Source: Octopus bimaculoides
Lineage: Eukaryota
DNA length: 63,647 nt
Direction of reading: 5' to 3'
Assembly: GCF_001194135.2 (NCBI RefSeq)
Contig: NC_068990.1
Location: 71,735,885 to 71,799,531, forward strand
Every line of letters starts with the position of its first letter. The stretch's first letter is position 1. The notes beneath the pieces are model-generated. The model was not told the DNA's origin and did not search any database. It saw nothing but the letters and a program-made list of their open reading frames with translations. The position numbers and the translations under genes are program-made. Positions 36,465-52,022 of the stretch are shown here, in pieces.

Positions 36465-38555
36465 NNNNNNNNNNNNNNNNNNNNNNNNNNNNNNNNNNNN
36501 NNNNNNNNNNNNNNNNNNNNNNNNNNNNNNNNNNNNNNNNNNNNNNNNNNNNNNNNNNNNNNNNNNNNNNNATATATATGTATATATATGTACACTGAGT
36601 TTTCACTCACTGTAGCTCTCACAAATTTATTGTCCTATGTGCTATCATCATCATCAGAAGCAAGAGCAGCAGCAGTAGGGTGAACTTGCTCAGATTCATA
36701 TGAACCTAATCTGGATTTCCCACCCATTTCTGTCTGCCATGACGTAACTCCTTTCAGTGATATAGTGTCATCTACAAACTGAGTGTTGTAAACCATTACA
36801 GGGTGACAGCAATTTTGACAGTGTATGGTGCAAAAATGCACCCCAAAATATAATCTGTGTGAGTGTTTGCATATGTACATGTGGGCACATGCATATATTA
36901 TAAAATTCATCTGGTTTAATAAACTGTCAACACAAGTTTTAAAATAAATTTGTCTATTCTTAGTATCAACTCTTGTCACTACCTCCACCAATAGATGTTC
37001 TGTTGTTCTTACATTTGCTTTCACTTTTTAGAATTTAAACCAGCCAAAATATTCCACCTGTTTTATGTTCAAATCAACCGGATCAGATCTCTCACACCCA
37101 CTTATGATGTCATTCAAAGAATGTACAATCACATTATCAAAATCTTGATGGTACAAGTTAATGCCTGGTTATTTTAAGACAATGTTGATAAACAAGAATT
37201 ATAATACAATTTAATCTGAATGCTAAAGGGTTAAAATAATATGCTAAATTAAATGTACATATATCTTCACGTATTGTATGAGAAATCTGAAAAACATAAA
37301 AACAAAGAAAAAAAATGATTTCTTTCAGCCTCAACTGAGGGTGCCTGGAATCTGAAACTGAACACAATACTAAAAAATGCAGAGCAGAAACCATAAGCTT
37401 TGTGAATAAGATAGTGAAACAGTCATATACTATGTAACATACAGTTTTTTTTTAGCTGTAAACACATCTACACTTGACCTGCTAGAAACAGCTATAAAAT
37501 CATACTCTACCATTTGACAAAAAAAAGTGGGGAGGGATGAATTGGTATCCAATTCTCAATATACCATTTTATGGGGGGAAAAAGATGACATGGCTCTAAT
37601 GTCTTTTATCATAAGTCTGCTCAATCAAGATTGACTGGGTCCAAACAAGTAATTAATTAGTCAAGCCTCAGCACACTCTATACAAATTCAACTAAAGTTG
37701 ATTTTTTTAAAGTATGCTATCATTCATTAGTTAATAATAAATAAGTCAAATACTGAACTTTAATTTGATTAACTATATCTACTTAACTTTAATGCATCAA
37801 ATTAACATAGCCATTAAAATATTTGAAAAAATGCTTAGCAATATTTCTTTTCACTATCAGTGCTCTGCGTTCAACTATTGCTGTGGTCAACTTTGCTTTT
37901 TATCCTTCTGGAGTTGATAAAGAACCATCCAACTTTCACCCCCCCTCTCTCTCTCTCTCTCTGAATCAACTATGGTGTGCTGTGCAAAGTCCTCTAAGGG
38001 ACCATTCACAGCATCTCTGTACCAGAAACATGGACAGGTTGAATGAACAGCTAACAATTTATTCTCATAGACAAACTGATATACTGCTGGAACAATCCAA
38101 AGACAGAGAGTATAGAGTGTAGTATAGCATGAAACAATAATAATCATTTTCATGTAGACCTAAGGCCAACAATTTTGAAGGGAAGGGTTGATTTGATGCC
38201 ATCAACACTAGTACTTGTTTGGTACTTAATTTTATTGACACCAGAGGGATGAAAAGTGAAGTTGAATTTGGTGGGATCTGAACTCAGAAGGTAAAGAATC
38301 ATAATTAGATACCACAAGGTATTTTGTCCAATGACCTGTTGATTCAGCCAATTCACCACCCTATTGAACTGTAATTATAAAAATATTCATTTCCATACGA
38401 AACTAGTCTTGGGCCTAGACAAAAGAAATCAATAATAATATCCACCGGCATACACTGAAGTGTAGCGTAAGCAGTTAATGAACACGTAATAACCAAATGT
38501 AAATGGATGAAAATCAAATTCAGAATTCTGAAGCATCAAAGTTTGAACTTAAAAG

Positions 38556-38590
<35 letters not shown>

Positions 38591-41159
38591 ATTCTTCATG
38601 CCAACTTGTATTCAAGTGTCAATGAGTGTAATCAGAATTTTAGGAAGGTTAAGGTTGCAATCAAGAAACTGTAAAGGTCAGTTACTGTTTTTTTACACAT
38701 ACACAACCTATGTAGCAGATATAGAAATAGGGTAAATTTATCTTTCTCTGTAGATTGAAAAAAAAAATGAACACCGTTAATCAATTTTTGAACCTTATTG
38801 GGTTCTCATCAGAGGTTATCTACATGATTTTAACAAATCTCAGAGAAATATGTAGCCAATCTGTTTATATACTCAACAAATCCAATAGCTACAGAGTACT
38901 GGAGCTACTATAAAATAGTAACCTCCTGCAGTTGATGCAGACCCAAACAGTACCATGTCATATAGTTTGATCATGAAACTGAATAAAATATTATTTGATT
39001 GGTAACATTTTGCACCAATTTTACATCCAGATCATCATAAAATCCCACCCTTAATGTCTTTAAAAAGGAAGGACATATTGTACATCTTATGTAAATAAAA
39101 GATTGATGAGCCACAATTGAAATACTTAGTTCATAAGTCCACTTAACTGAACTTGACTTGGGGTTACACAATAACATCAAATCTTATATTAATTCCTTTG
39201 TTCTTACTTAATCAGTGTAAATGATTCTAAGAAGGCTACCAACAATGGACCCATATCTCCAAATTATCAAAAATCACTGATGACAACACAATGTTCAGGT
39301 TTTGTCTGTCTGTCCTTAGAATGACAATTTTTCAAAGCATATTTAGAAGTTCTTGACAACAACAAAAGGCAGAGTAGCATAGTAAGCAAGACATCTTTGG
39401 CAAGTGTCTTCTGTTAACATCCCAGGTCAATCAAAAATTTCTGTGTGAATTTAGTAAAAAGAAATTCTATTAAAACTATTTTAAAACTATTTAGTAAAAA
39501 GAAATTCTATTAAAACTATTTTTCTCTCTGTCACTCTCCCACACACGTGTGTGTGTGTATGTTTGTGAATGAACATGAATGAATGAATGTTGGTGTTTCT
39601 CTTGTCCCCATATGTGTGAAAACCTGTAGGTAGATCATAAAAAGTTCCTTACTTGAAAAGCAAGTAAAGGTTGGTGAAAGGTAGAACACCCAGCCACTAA
39701 ACCCCACCTTAAAATCGATTCCAATTCAAGCCAGCATGATATAAATTAACATTAAATGAATGAATGAATGATATGTTACAAAGCTATTTGCTATGGCAGT
39801 AGACTTTTAAATGAGGAAATGTTGAATTGATAGATGAAAGCTGCATCCGGTAATGTTATTGTTTAGTCCCAAGTTAGCACTAACTGAGCAGAGATTTGAT
39901 CAAAGGGATTCCAGCTATGACTGTCCAGTTTTTTTAAAAAATTCTATTTCATAGTAAAACTGTACCCTAACTATATTATCCAGTGCATCCTTCCTCGTTT
40001 TTATTTTGTTAGAAGACAGTAGAATGTAATTTGAAGGTTATTTGGCGGCTGTTTATAAAAGGCCAATCAACAAACAGACAGAATCTTCCACTTGAGTGAA
40101 TAAGTTTTTCGTCTTTTAAAGAACAGCTGATGTTTTATATGAAGAACATGGTGTACTTGCACATATCCTAATATTGTTTATTACCAAAGTTCTTTAACCT
40201 CATTTATAAATAAAGTCGTAAATCCTTTTGGCATAGAACCAATTTATTATAAAAAAAAAAATAACTGTATTTGATTTTTTTCTCAAAATAATTTTGGGAA
40301 GATGAGAAAATATAATTTACACTGAAATTACAAAATGCGTAACAAATTGAACCTAATTCAACATACACTTTACTTATTTTAGAAAATGTTCCCTTCTTAA
40401 AACATGACAAATAGATAAAAGTAAACAGCCTTTTGAAAAATATATCTGAGAACAATTCAAGTTAAGAAAAGCTAATATGTGAATTTTTATTATAATTTAT
40501 TAGCTTTTTTTTTTTTTTTTACCATAGGATCATTCTAGAGAGTGGTAAGTTTGAGAGAGAGATGAATATGAGTGAGGGTGTGTGTAATTGTGTGAGACCA
40601 ATCAAGTCTTAAAGTGTAAAGAATATGAAATTACTGTGATTTTGTTTAAGTGAGTGTGTATGTGTGTACACACATACACACATATATATATACACACACA
40701 CATACAGATATGTGCATATATCTTGAAATATGTGTATGTGAACATCTATTATATGTATGCATGAATGTGGATGGATATGTTTAAACATGCAACAATGTCA
40801 CATATATTTAGGAAATGTTTATACGACATGCATTTAGAATATATAAGATGTTTAGATGATAATGGCTGGCATAGCTGGTTTCAGTTAAAAAGAATACTTT
40901 GCTATTTTATCTTTTCAGACTAACACAGACTGGTTTGTTGTTTCTGTTTGCTTCTGTTCTTGTTTTTCACCATTTATGTCAAGATTGATGTATTGTACTT
41001 CCATCTCCAGTTCTATAGTACAATAACAATAAAACTATTAATGCAAGAACATCTAGACCACCATTCAACCTGATAAACACAGCAGCCAAATTTCCCTCAA
41101 ATCATATATTAAAAGAAAAGAAAAAGGTGAAGATGCACGTTGAATAATGAAGTCCATGG

Positions 41160-41776
41160 TAAATATGCAGTGCATGAGAAGACCCGGCAAGCCAAGTGAG
41201 ACCATAATCCGAGGCCTCTGTTTGCGAAGACCTGTTGAGGCAAGTGAAATCAAAATCGAACCAAATTCAACGACTGGCACCCATGCCAACCTCTCCTTCA
41301 TTGGACACTAAACTTGGCTTGCGAAGACCTGTTGGGGCAAGTGAAATCGAAATCGTGATTGAACCAAATTCGATGACTGGCACCTGTGCCAGTGGAGCGC
41401 TAACAGCACCGTCCGAGCATGATCATTGTCAGAGCAGCTGTCTGGCTTCCATGCCAGTGGCACATAAATAGCACCATTTGAGCGTGATTGTTACTAGTGT
41501 CCCCTTACTGGCACGTGAAAAAAATATTCGAGCGAGGTTGTTGCCAGTGCCGCTGGACTGGCTCCTGTGTGGGTGGCATGTAAAAAACACCATTTTGAGC
41601 GTGGCCATTGCCAGTACTGCCTGACTGGCCCTCGTACCAGTGGCACGTAAAAGCACCCACTACACTCTTGGAGTGGTTGGCGTTAGGAAGGGCATCCAGC
41701 TGTAGAAACTCAGCCAGATCAGATTGGAGCCATGCTAGCATGGAAGACGGACGTTAAACGATGATGATGATGATGG
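41160..41776 (+). mobile_element. RTE LINE 3' end with internally repeated 3'UTR
   Basis: Begins AVHEKTRQAK* and ends gacggacgttaaacgatgatgatgatg. Reverse-complement match to 62926-63150. Confidence 0.85.
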
Positions 41777-44700
41777 TACAGAGTGTCTGAATAAAGAGAC
41801 AAGATGGTCAAGGTTGGAATGTTCTTGATCATTGGTTTGCTTGATCAGAACTGAACTGGGACAAAATAAGCATCATCTGCAGCAAATGTATGAATGCCAT
41901 AAAGCTGATCACAGTAACGAAACTTCATATTACTCAGAACATATGAAACGAGGACTAAATAAAAGTTTAAAATCAAACATGGACATTAAGACAAAATTAT
42001 GAAAATGCTTTGGACATGCAAAGGATTAAACTTCCCATACAAAGTGCACCAGTAATATTTTATTTAATCCCAAGTGTGTCACAGAGTCGAAAAGATTGAG
42101 AGCCATTCGAGTAATGGTTTCCTGTTGTCATCTCCCAGAATATATGAAGCCTGTGTATAATGTTAGAAGATCTGGTACCTACTTCTGGCCACTATGTTAT
42201 TTTAAACATGTAGATTTAACCTTACAACAATTATTGGTAGTAATTCTTGCTGCTTTGAGTATTACACTTGCATATAGGGAGAAAGTGACAAAATTTGAAA
42301 GCTTAGATGAGATCTAAAGATTTGTATAAGTTTGAAGGAATAATATTACATGCAAACAATTATAATATCTTGCAGTTCTTGCACCATGCTTTGAGACTTG
42401 CCAATAAGATTTTTCTCCATACTGGCCATTTTGATGTTATAAGGTTTTTCTGATATAATTTTCTTTACATTATGAGTGCATGACAAGAATAATTTACTCC
42501 CAGTACTTGACTAATACTCTATTTTATTAACCTCAAAAGGATGAAAGACGATGTTAACTTAGCTGGGTTTTGAACTTGGAGCATAAATGATCGTAAATGC
42601 AGGTATTTTGTCCAACACTCTACAGATTTGTTCAATTCCAGACCAGATCAGATCAGCAGCAACATTAAACTAAATATATTTTTAAATATTTCATAAGTAT
42701 ATCACACATAAAAATAACCTGATTTTGAGTACTATATTATTGTTATTGTTGTGTAGCCCCAAATCAACCATGATTAAACAGACAGTACAACCAAAGCCAT
42801 TCCAGCTGTGACCATCAAGTCTGTTTTGATTCCCAACACAGTGTATCCAAGAATACACCAATTGTCCTTCTTTCTATATGTCAATAAAGTGAAATCGGAG
42901 GGAAATTTGGTTGTTATTTCTACCAGATTAAGCAACACTGAAACTCTCATTTTAGCTCATAGTGTTATGATTTATATTAGCTTGTGACCCAGAGAAATCC
43001 CATTAATATAAACAATAAGACCAAAGAAGTTAAAAGAAACCCAAACAACTAACTGAAGCAAAACAACTAAAAATCACAATAGAAAAACTACGAAATGTAA
43101 ATCAATATATTTTGAGGAAATTTATAAACTCCTTGGAAACACTTCCGATTTTCAATTTATCTGAACACAAGTTGTTATCATTGATTATCAGTCATGTGTG
43201 TAAGTATATGATGTTTTATCTAATTATCTACATCACTTCCTACTTGAATAATAAAACAAGGGCAAAGGTATCAATACAGCACAGCAATTAAGAATCTAAT
43301 TACCATAATATTTGAGAAAACAAGTCGAATCTTGTTGACTTAATTCTGCTGAGAAAATCTGTGTGATAGATTTGTTGTATACAGGGGCATGAAGTTGTGT
43401 TAAAGCTACATACAAGTGATTTTGCTTTCTAACACAGCAAGAATTACATAGTGAATAATTGGCTAATTGCTAAGGCAGCATAAAAACTTATCTTGTCCTT
43501 ACCATTGAAGTTGGAAATTTTGTCTCAGATCAAAAGATATACATTTTATATATTTACTACTATATTTAAAAATAAAAAATTAGAAAAAAAAAATTAGTAA
43601 AATTCTTACTTGGCAGTGGATATGAAAGATAGAAAAATGAATAAAAGATTTTTAATATGAATCATGACCAAAGAAGATGAGGAGAATAAATAAAAAGTGT
43701 GAAGGATTAAGCAAAGGAATTCAGAAAAGAAAGTAGAATTCAGAATGTCATATTAAATTCACTGAATCTCAACCTTGTTTTCTGCACTAACATAGATTCT
43801 GTTAGATACACCAGTTTATTTGTATGTAGAACATTTTAAGGTTGAAATATTTCTGAGTTACTGTTCTCTCTTATTTATTTTTGCATACAGAGGTGTAAAA
43901 GGAAACTATATGATGGTGAAATAAAAGTCCTTCCAAAGAAATAATTTTTGCTAGCAAGAAAAAAGTATGTTAAAAGTCAGGAGTCCAAAGATACAATGTA
44001 ACAACTGAGAGTTATGTGCTAACATTAACTTTTTCTGATTCCAACAACTCATACTGAAAAAACCCCCAAAAAAACCACGAGTTTATATTTCAATTCAAAC
44101 ATTGCATCATGATTTTATATAAGACCTTTTTTGCTAAGTTATATTTCAAACACTAACTTAATAAAAAATATTAGTTACTTTACTAACTCTCTCCAAATTC
44201 TTCAATTATTTTCAAAGTCAATTGAAATACAAAAGCAATGTATTTCATTGGAAAAAAAGGACACGAAAAGTGTTAAAATATTTCTAAAATTCCTATTAAT
44301 TTTCTGAAAGACAGAATTATTTTTTTTGTTACTATTTGATATATAATTTTTTTTTTTCTTCAACACTACTAAAATTGCTTTTTCAACAGTGGCTACTTCA
44401 GTCATGAAGTGTAACAATGAGAAGTGTTGTAAAGCAATATGACTACAACAGGCAAAACCAAATGCCATACAGAGAAAGTTCATTACTCAAGAATCACAAT
44501 ATTATGTGTAGGGCCTAGAACAATAGAGGAGAAAGGTTTAGATTTATGACCACGTAGCTGGTATTTTAACACATTAACTTCGCAGACATCACATTAACTT
44601 CAGTCATTGTGGACAAACATTATGTACACCATTACAATCAATAATATTAATATGCTAACTTTTTGTTTTTGTACGTACCTGTTGTGTGTGTCACACTTCT

Positions 44701-46234
44701 TTGAAGTGGCAAAGCGAGAGAGAGGAGGAGAGAGGGGAAGTATGAGAGAAAGAGAGAGGGTTTCCATGATGTATAAATTCCTCACCTGAATGGGACGCTG
44801 GTCTGTCACCTGATTACTCATATTTGCCAGCTGAGTGGACTGGAGCAACATGAAATGAAGTATTTTGCTCAAGGACACAACATATCGCCCAGTCCAGCAA
44901 TTAAAACCACACTCTTACAATCATGAGTCCAACACCCTAACCACTAAGCCGTGCACCTCCACATTTTCCATGCTGGCATAGGTTAGTCAATTTGACATGA
45001 ACTGATGAAACTGAGGGCTGCGCCAGGTTTCAATGTCTGCTTGGCATGGGTTCTACAAATTCTTCATTCCTCAGAACATCGGAACTTATTGGAATCTTGT
45101 ATGAACTTTCTATGAACTAATTGTGACTGATGCACACCATCACCAGTTTTCAGGATTGTATTTCTAATATCTCTTTAACATAGATATGCTGCAATGTCAC
45201 ACAAATATTTCATACAATCTACATTTCATGGGGACAAAGAAACCCTTTGGTGTTGTTTATTTTCAGTTAAGTACTGATTCAGAATACCTACGAGCAAGAG
45301 CATTTCAGCTGTAATCATATCTTTTATTCAAACATAGTATGTCTAAAACTGGCTGCTCCTTTTTCTGCCCCAAAAAGATATTGTATATAAAGACAAGGTA
45401 TTTTGCATTTGTTTTACGTCAATTTTGCCATGTTAGCATCAGTTAGATGAATACATAACTGAAGCAATTTTTTTATAGTTGGATGCCATTCCTGTCACTA
45501 ATCCTTACTAGTTTTTCAAGTAAGGAATCTTTTATTCATTATTCTTACATTAGATCTCTTCATCCTTGATGGCACAAAGCCAGCAGATGATTTGTCAACA
45601 GGGAAAAAAATCACAACTATGTCACTAGTCCAGTGATTTTTGAAGAGCTGCAAATGTAAACAAACATGTATATGTGTGCGTGTGTGCGTGTGTATACATG
45701 TGCGCATATGAGGAAGGCATCTTTCAGTTTCTGTCTAGCAAATCCACATTCACAAAGCTTTGGTCAAACCACTAAAGAGTTATAGTAGAAGACATTTGTC
45801 TAAAATGCTGCAGAATAGGACTGAACTTGAAACCATGTGGTTAAAAAGTGTACTTCTCAACCACACAGCCATGCCTGTGATTCCCACTACCCACAAAAAA
45901 AAGGGGGTGGGGAATGCTTTTATTATGCCTGAAATGCATTTTAAGCTATTGGCTGAAATTCATAGCAGTGTCTGTATTGTGAGATATTCTGACATTGTTA
46001 ACAATTGTAGAAGCAAATAAATTCTTGTACTAAATTGGTTATCCCAGTGTGAGGTCCCTTGTCAGAGCAGCCTTCACTGGGTTTGGCTGTGATATCCAAT
46101 CTATTGCAGTGTCAGGTGTCTTGTCTACTGCTGTTGTTTGTATAACTTATTAGAAAAGAGGTGCCCTACTTTCCGATTTTTAGAGTAAATGACAAATCTA
46201 GTTCATATATATATATATATATATNNNNNNNNNN

Positions 46235-46273
<39 letters not shown>

Positions 46274-48450
46274 TATATAAAAAGTGTTTTAAATAGTGTT
46301 TACATACATGAATGCACATGTGCAAGTATCAGTGTGTATGTATACATGCATTATTAAAAAAGATTTAAACAATTTTTCTGAATTCAAGAATAAAAAGTGT
46401 ATTATTCAGAAACAAAGAGCTTTGCTGCTTTTTTTATGCTTGGCTTAAAATAGCCTATGAAATTGGCGTCTCAAATTTCAAATTATTGCAGAATTTATCA
46501 AAACTATTCTTCAGCTGGTAGCTTAGTTAGATGGTTGGTTGGTTTGTTTGTTTGTTTGTTTTAAATTTAACAATCCAACTTAGTAGTCAGTCTCAGTTAT
46601 TATGGAATCTGTGCAGCTTTATAAGTTTGTCATAATTCTCATCCTAAATAACTTCCATGTATGACCTCTATTCACTAATGGAATTTGAAAGATTTTTGAT
46701 ATTTGCTGATGTTTGATTTTTATCTGTAGTCATTCTTAAATTTCTGGTAATATTTAGTTTCATCCCAGTAAATCCTGAGCTTATATCCTCATGAAATTAA
46801 CTTTTCCTATCAATCCTCTGTAGTCTGGTGATTTCTGGTGGTGATGAATGAGATTAATTTAAATTACAATACACCCTCTCAACAAATCTATGGTAAACTT
46901 CGAAAATTATTTCAAACGTTGCAATATTAATAGTAATGTTTCTTAAATGTTTTAACAGGCTCATCACTGGTTCACTGCATATCTGATGACAGGTGTGACA
47001 AGGGCGTGTCTGTAACTTAGTGCAGAACAAATATTACAAAGGAATACATTCAAAGGGTGTGAGTTTTTCGGTTTTCACACCAATGTTTGTACTTTTTGCT
47101 GATATACATTGGTTGAAATTAATTGGATTGGATTGCCCATGTTCAGTCCACTGCAAGACAAAGGCCTCAGCATGTACACTCCACGAACCACTGTCTGATG
47201 TGGAGGCTGTGAATTTGAGCTTTTATAAGCCTACTCTGTCACACAGGCTAGACATAGATTGATAGAAGGATGCAGTTTTTTAAACTCATACCCATGAGTA
47301 GTTAAGTCAATTACACCAATCCCAGTACTCAACTGGTACTTATTTTATCAACCCTGAAATAATGAAAGGCAAAGTCGACCTAGGCAGAATTTGAACTCCG
47401 AACATAAAGACAGACGAAATATTGCTAAGCATTTTGCCTGGCATGCTAACAATATTACTGGCTTGCTGCCTTATACATTAGTTAAAGATACACAAAGTGA
47501 CACACACAAATACACATGCGTACACACAATGAGCTGACACACAGTTACTGTCTGCCAAACTTCACTCCGAAGGTATTGGTACAGTAAAGATTATAAAAGA
47601 ATACACAGGCCCAGTGTGCCGTAAATTGTGATCAAAACACATGACTGCATATCTGTGAAGTGAACCTCCTAACTCCACAACTATGACTAGAAACCCTTGG
47701 AAATTTTATAATCTAATTAAATAAATGTTTTTAGGGTTGCTTTGAAATAAGAATTTAAGGGTAGTTTTAAAATAAACAACAAAATGAATGTTTTAAAAAA
47801 AGAAAGCATTCACTCCCAATATAAATGCTTCAAACAAAGAAGCTAAAAATGATATCTTCATCCCTGCAGCATTTAAACCAGCTGTATCCGACCCAAATAT
47901 TCTACATGCTTTATGTTCAAACTAGCCAGATCTGGTCTCTCACACTTACTCAGCAATATTCCAAGAAATAAACAATGACTCTTAGAAGTCTCAAAGTTAC
48001 AAGCTATGATTAATTCAAAACAATAAGAATAAATAAGCATCACATTTGAACAGAGAAATCTGAATGCGAAGAGTTATTACTTTCCTATCATATAAAAATG
48101 CTCTCAACAACAGATAATTTTTGTTGCAACTTTTGAATTGCTATTTATTCATCATGATATCATATAACACAGGTCATCATAACAGTGTATGTTTTTAACA
48201 ATTTTAGAAAGTGGAGTAAACCATTTTATGGTTTTAATCTAGTATAAATTCTGAAGATTTTTGATACAATCAGCTTTAATGTGTTTTGAATTTTAGAACT
48301 TAGCTGATGATAATATGCTGATAACTTTGAGATGTATACACAATCTTCCAGAGATCCTGTAATTGTGATTAGGTTCAGTATGAAATAGTGTTGATCACTA
48401 ATATGCTTCTTCAGCAAATGTCAAGCTGCCAATTTCTTCAATCAGTTTAA

Positions 48451-48656
48451 CTTGTTCAATACCAACCAGCCTGAAACCACCCCTTGTCCTATGATACAAA
48501 CCTCTAATTTTAAAGAGATCTAAGTTAAAACTTTTACTTGATGTTCCAAACATCAGCTTAATAATGACAAAGTTATTTTACTAAATTATTAAATCATTTT
48601 CAAAATTCTTTGAAACAAAGGCTGTGTATTGCAACAGAAATATGACAACAAAAGAG
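48451..48656. mobile_element. TTAA-flanked MITE, family 1 (inverted orientation)
   Basis: TTAA at 48447-48450 and 48657-48660; reverse-complement similarity to 1458-1694. Confidence 0.65.
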
Positions 48657-51600
48657 TTAACCTTTCAAAATTCTTTGATATAGTTATTCAAAAATCATTT
48701 GGGATTTTGCAATTGTCTTGATATCTATCATGAAAGATAAACAGACTAGACCAGAATTTTGACTTTGCTTGTGCCTGTCTCACATTGTCTATTGATTTAT
48801 TATGTCAGGCACCACATACTGGTATAAACTAATTACAATTTTAAATACATCAGTGTGAAATAAAAGTTCCCATAATAATCTACCATGGAGGAAACTGCAC
48901 AAAATTTGAGCTGCAAAACAAACATATTTTTCATAAATCCTATTGTTAATGTAGGTCTAATATTGCTACCATATATGCTGTGAATCAACTGTCATGAGAA
49001 TGGTAACATAGGTGTACATAAACAGCAAACAGCTAAGGGTGAAAAGCAGTATTATGGTGTCAAATCTCAATTCATAATTTATATCAAATTACAACAATGA
49101 ATATATGATATGCATATCATGAGATGCAAAATATCAAAGAATTTTCATGAAGCTAGATTTCAGACTTTGAAAAAAATTTAAAAACAATTTTGAAATTGAA
49201 AATATTCTCAAGAACCAAAGCTTGTTATAACAGCTGAAAAACGTGTTCTTCCAGCTTCACACAACTATTCTAGCAAGAGAGGGGAAGGAGAAGGAATCAC
49301 CACTGCCACCGTCTTCATCTTCATCATCATTTTAATATCCATTTTTCTCTCTGGTCTGGATTTTAAAGATCTGGCAGACAGCATACTGCCTATTATCCCA
49401 ATATTCTGTTATCTGTAAAATTTTCCACTCCGATCTGACCTAACAACTTCTTTCTAAATGTTCCTAGGTCTTCCTCTACTAAAAGTATCCTCCACTATTA
49501 GCATACAGCACCCTTTCACTCAGCACATATTTATTTGTTCGCTTGATGATTTTAGTTAGGCAATAGATCTGCAGAATCATTAGAGCACTGGACAAAATGC
49601 CTTACAGTATTTTGCTATGGTGTTTAAAGTTCAAATCAGCTAAGATCTCACATCCTTCTGGACCTAATAAAAATAAAATATCAGTCAAGAACTGGAGTCA
49701 ATTTATATTACTATAACCCATCCTAAATGTGAATGGAATTATAATAGAAGGCAAATATATATTTAAGAGAGTGAATTGGTAGAATTGTTAGAGAATTGGA
49801 TAGAATGTCTCATGAAGTTTTGTCTGTACTGAGTTCAAATTCCAGTGACATCACCTTTCATCTTTTCAGAGTAGATAAAACAGTACTACTCCAGGATGAT
49901 GTATTAACAACTATTAGGCGGTCAGTAAAATTAGCTTGAATTATTTCTCTTGGATTTTTTGTATTCTCACAACAACACCCACAATGACACTATACTTGTG
50001 CAGAGGCATGGTCAGCCTTGATCAATGCAAGCTATATATAATTTAGCTTGATGATGATGCTTTACCTTGCTGATAGAGGCTGAATGGAACACACTGTTTC
50101 TATACTTTTCACTTGAACTTCATCTCATTAGTAAATCTGAATGCACCTTTCTTGAATTTGGCCTAAATTTTCTTTACATAACATGCATCAGATGTTTGAC
50201 ATCATTAAGATTTAAAAGAGTTAACATTTCCAGTTAAAGATTTCCATATTCACACATCTCTATACTAAGATAGAGAGAGAATGAGAGCTGTTGTAGGGTC
50301 ATATCAATGAGGATTACAATTAAGTGAAAAAAAAGTACTCACAACCATTAAGTTAGGTACTCACAACCATTATGTTCAAAGCTGAGTCTGTTTGTATAAC
50401 TATCCAGTAATTTTTGTTACTGACCCTCAGGCAACTGAATGCTGGTCATGTAGTCCTAAAATTATTTCTAACTTAGACATAAGGTCATCAGTTCTGAGAG
50501 GAGGCCATGAGTTGATAACAGTACTTCACAAATACTTTATCTTATCAATCATGAAAGTATAAATGACAACGTTGACCTTGGTGGTATTTAAACTCAGAGT
50601 ACAAACAGCAGGAAGAAATACCACAAGACACTATTGTCTTATGTTCTAATGATTCTGCCAATATACACTCTATAATTTAAGGAACTGAAGCAAGGACCAT
50701 CCTTTTTTATCTTTTATTTTTTTCAAGAAATTAAAACAAGACAATGTATATATTTCAACAGAAGTATGGTAACAAAGGGTTAAGATGGTATGATGTGATT
50801 TCAACATTTAATTGCTATTTCTAGCAGATCACATACAGACTCCATCACAGATTTTATTAATTCTTAAACAAGTCCAATGTCTTTTTTTTTTAAAAAGTAA
50901 CAAAGCTTAATCTATTTAGTAAATAAAACTTGTGAAAATCAGGATTAACTATAACAAAATTACTTCAAAAGAATATAAAATGGAGTTCTTTATGTGGTTT
51001 GTTGTAGCTATGAACACGAGAAACCTGTCCAGATGCACATCTTGAAAATCTCTAGTTGAGGTTAATGCTGATTGCAGACTATCAATTAGTTGTTGATTTA
51101 AGAATAGATAAAAGGAGAAAACCAAAGTTAGAAGAAATCAACTGTACCAATAAAGAAGAGAGAGAGAAAGAACAGCTGACTATTCATATTAGCTGAAATG
51201 GAACTGAGGAAGGAAGCAATCAATAACAGTCAACAACAATAACAACAACTAAAACATATGAAACTTAATGGCTTTTGCCTTCAATTAGATGAAGTAGCCA
51301 ACATAAAGTATCAATCTGTTGAACCATGGTAGTAGTTCTACTAGCACCATACTTACTACAACTAAGAGAATTAAGTTCAGAAATGATAAGAGCAGAGAAT
51401 TTTATTAGAGAACAGTCAAGTTAAATTTTAGAATGAAAAGAAATTCTTCAACAGTATAAAATATTTAATAGAATTATTAAATTAACACATTCATTTCATT
51501 TCCTTTATTGTATTTCCTCTGAATGGAACATTTCTGTTTTATTGTTACCACATAAATCTAGTTGATTCCATTGTTGTGTTTAGTTCACTTCACATACTTT

Positions 51601-52022
51601 CTGATGGCGTAGAACAACAAATACTGGGGGAAATTAATACTTAGAACGGTTAACTATAGTGATTAGTAATTGGGTGTCTTTGTGTGAGGTCATTCTGATT
51701 CTTTGACAAAACTGATTTTTGGGGATATAATTCAGTTTATACTTTTTGTTGTGATTATATGATAGGTAATAAATGCTATATACAATCTCTTAAATGAAAG
51801 ACACAGAGATTTAATTCAAATAAAAGAACCCTTATTAACAGACAGCCCACAAATTACTTTTCTACTGAGGCCATCCCTAACAAACCACTATAAACAAGCT
51901 GAACAGAAGCTGAATCAATGAATAAATAAATAAAATATCCACACACACACACACATTTAAATAAGCGTATAAAAAGTTGAGTTTTTAGAATTACATTGAT
52001 AAAATAAAATCTTTGTTTAGAC

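Noticed and set aside
39451-39522. Local 31-bp direct duplication (ttagtaaaaagaaattctattaaaactattt)
   Set aside because: This is an ordinary slippage duplication in AT-rich DNA, or an assembly stutter.
43503-43610. Minus-strand exon ending in ATG|GTaagg as an ATG-only first coding exon of syntrophin
   Set aside because: It is phase-compatible, but there is no promoter signal, CpG patch or homology. It cannot be distinguished from chance without transcripts.
46958-46992. Plus-strand ttttaacAG...ACAG|GT mini-exon (AHHWFTAYLMT)
   Set aside because: The donor is weak, and there is no partner exon or recognisable homology.
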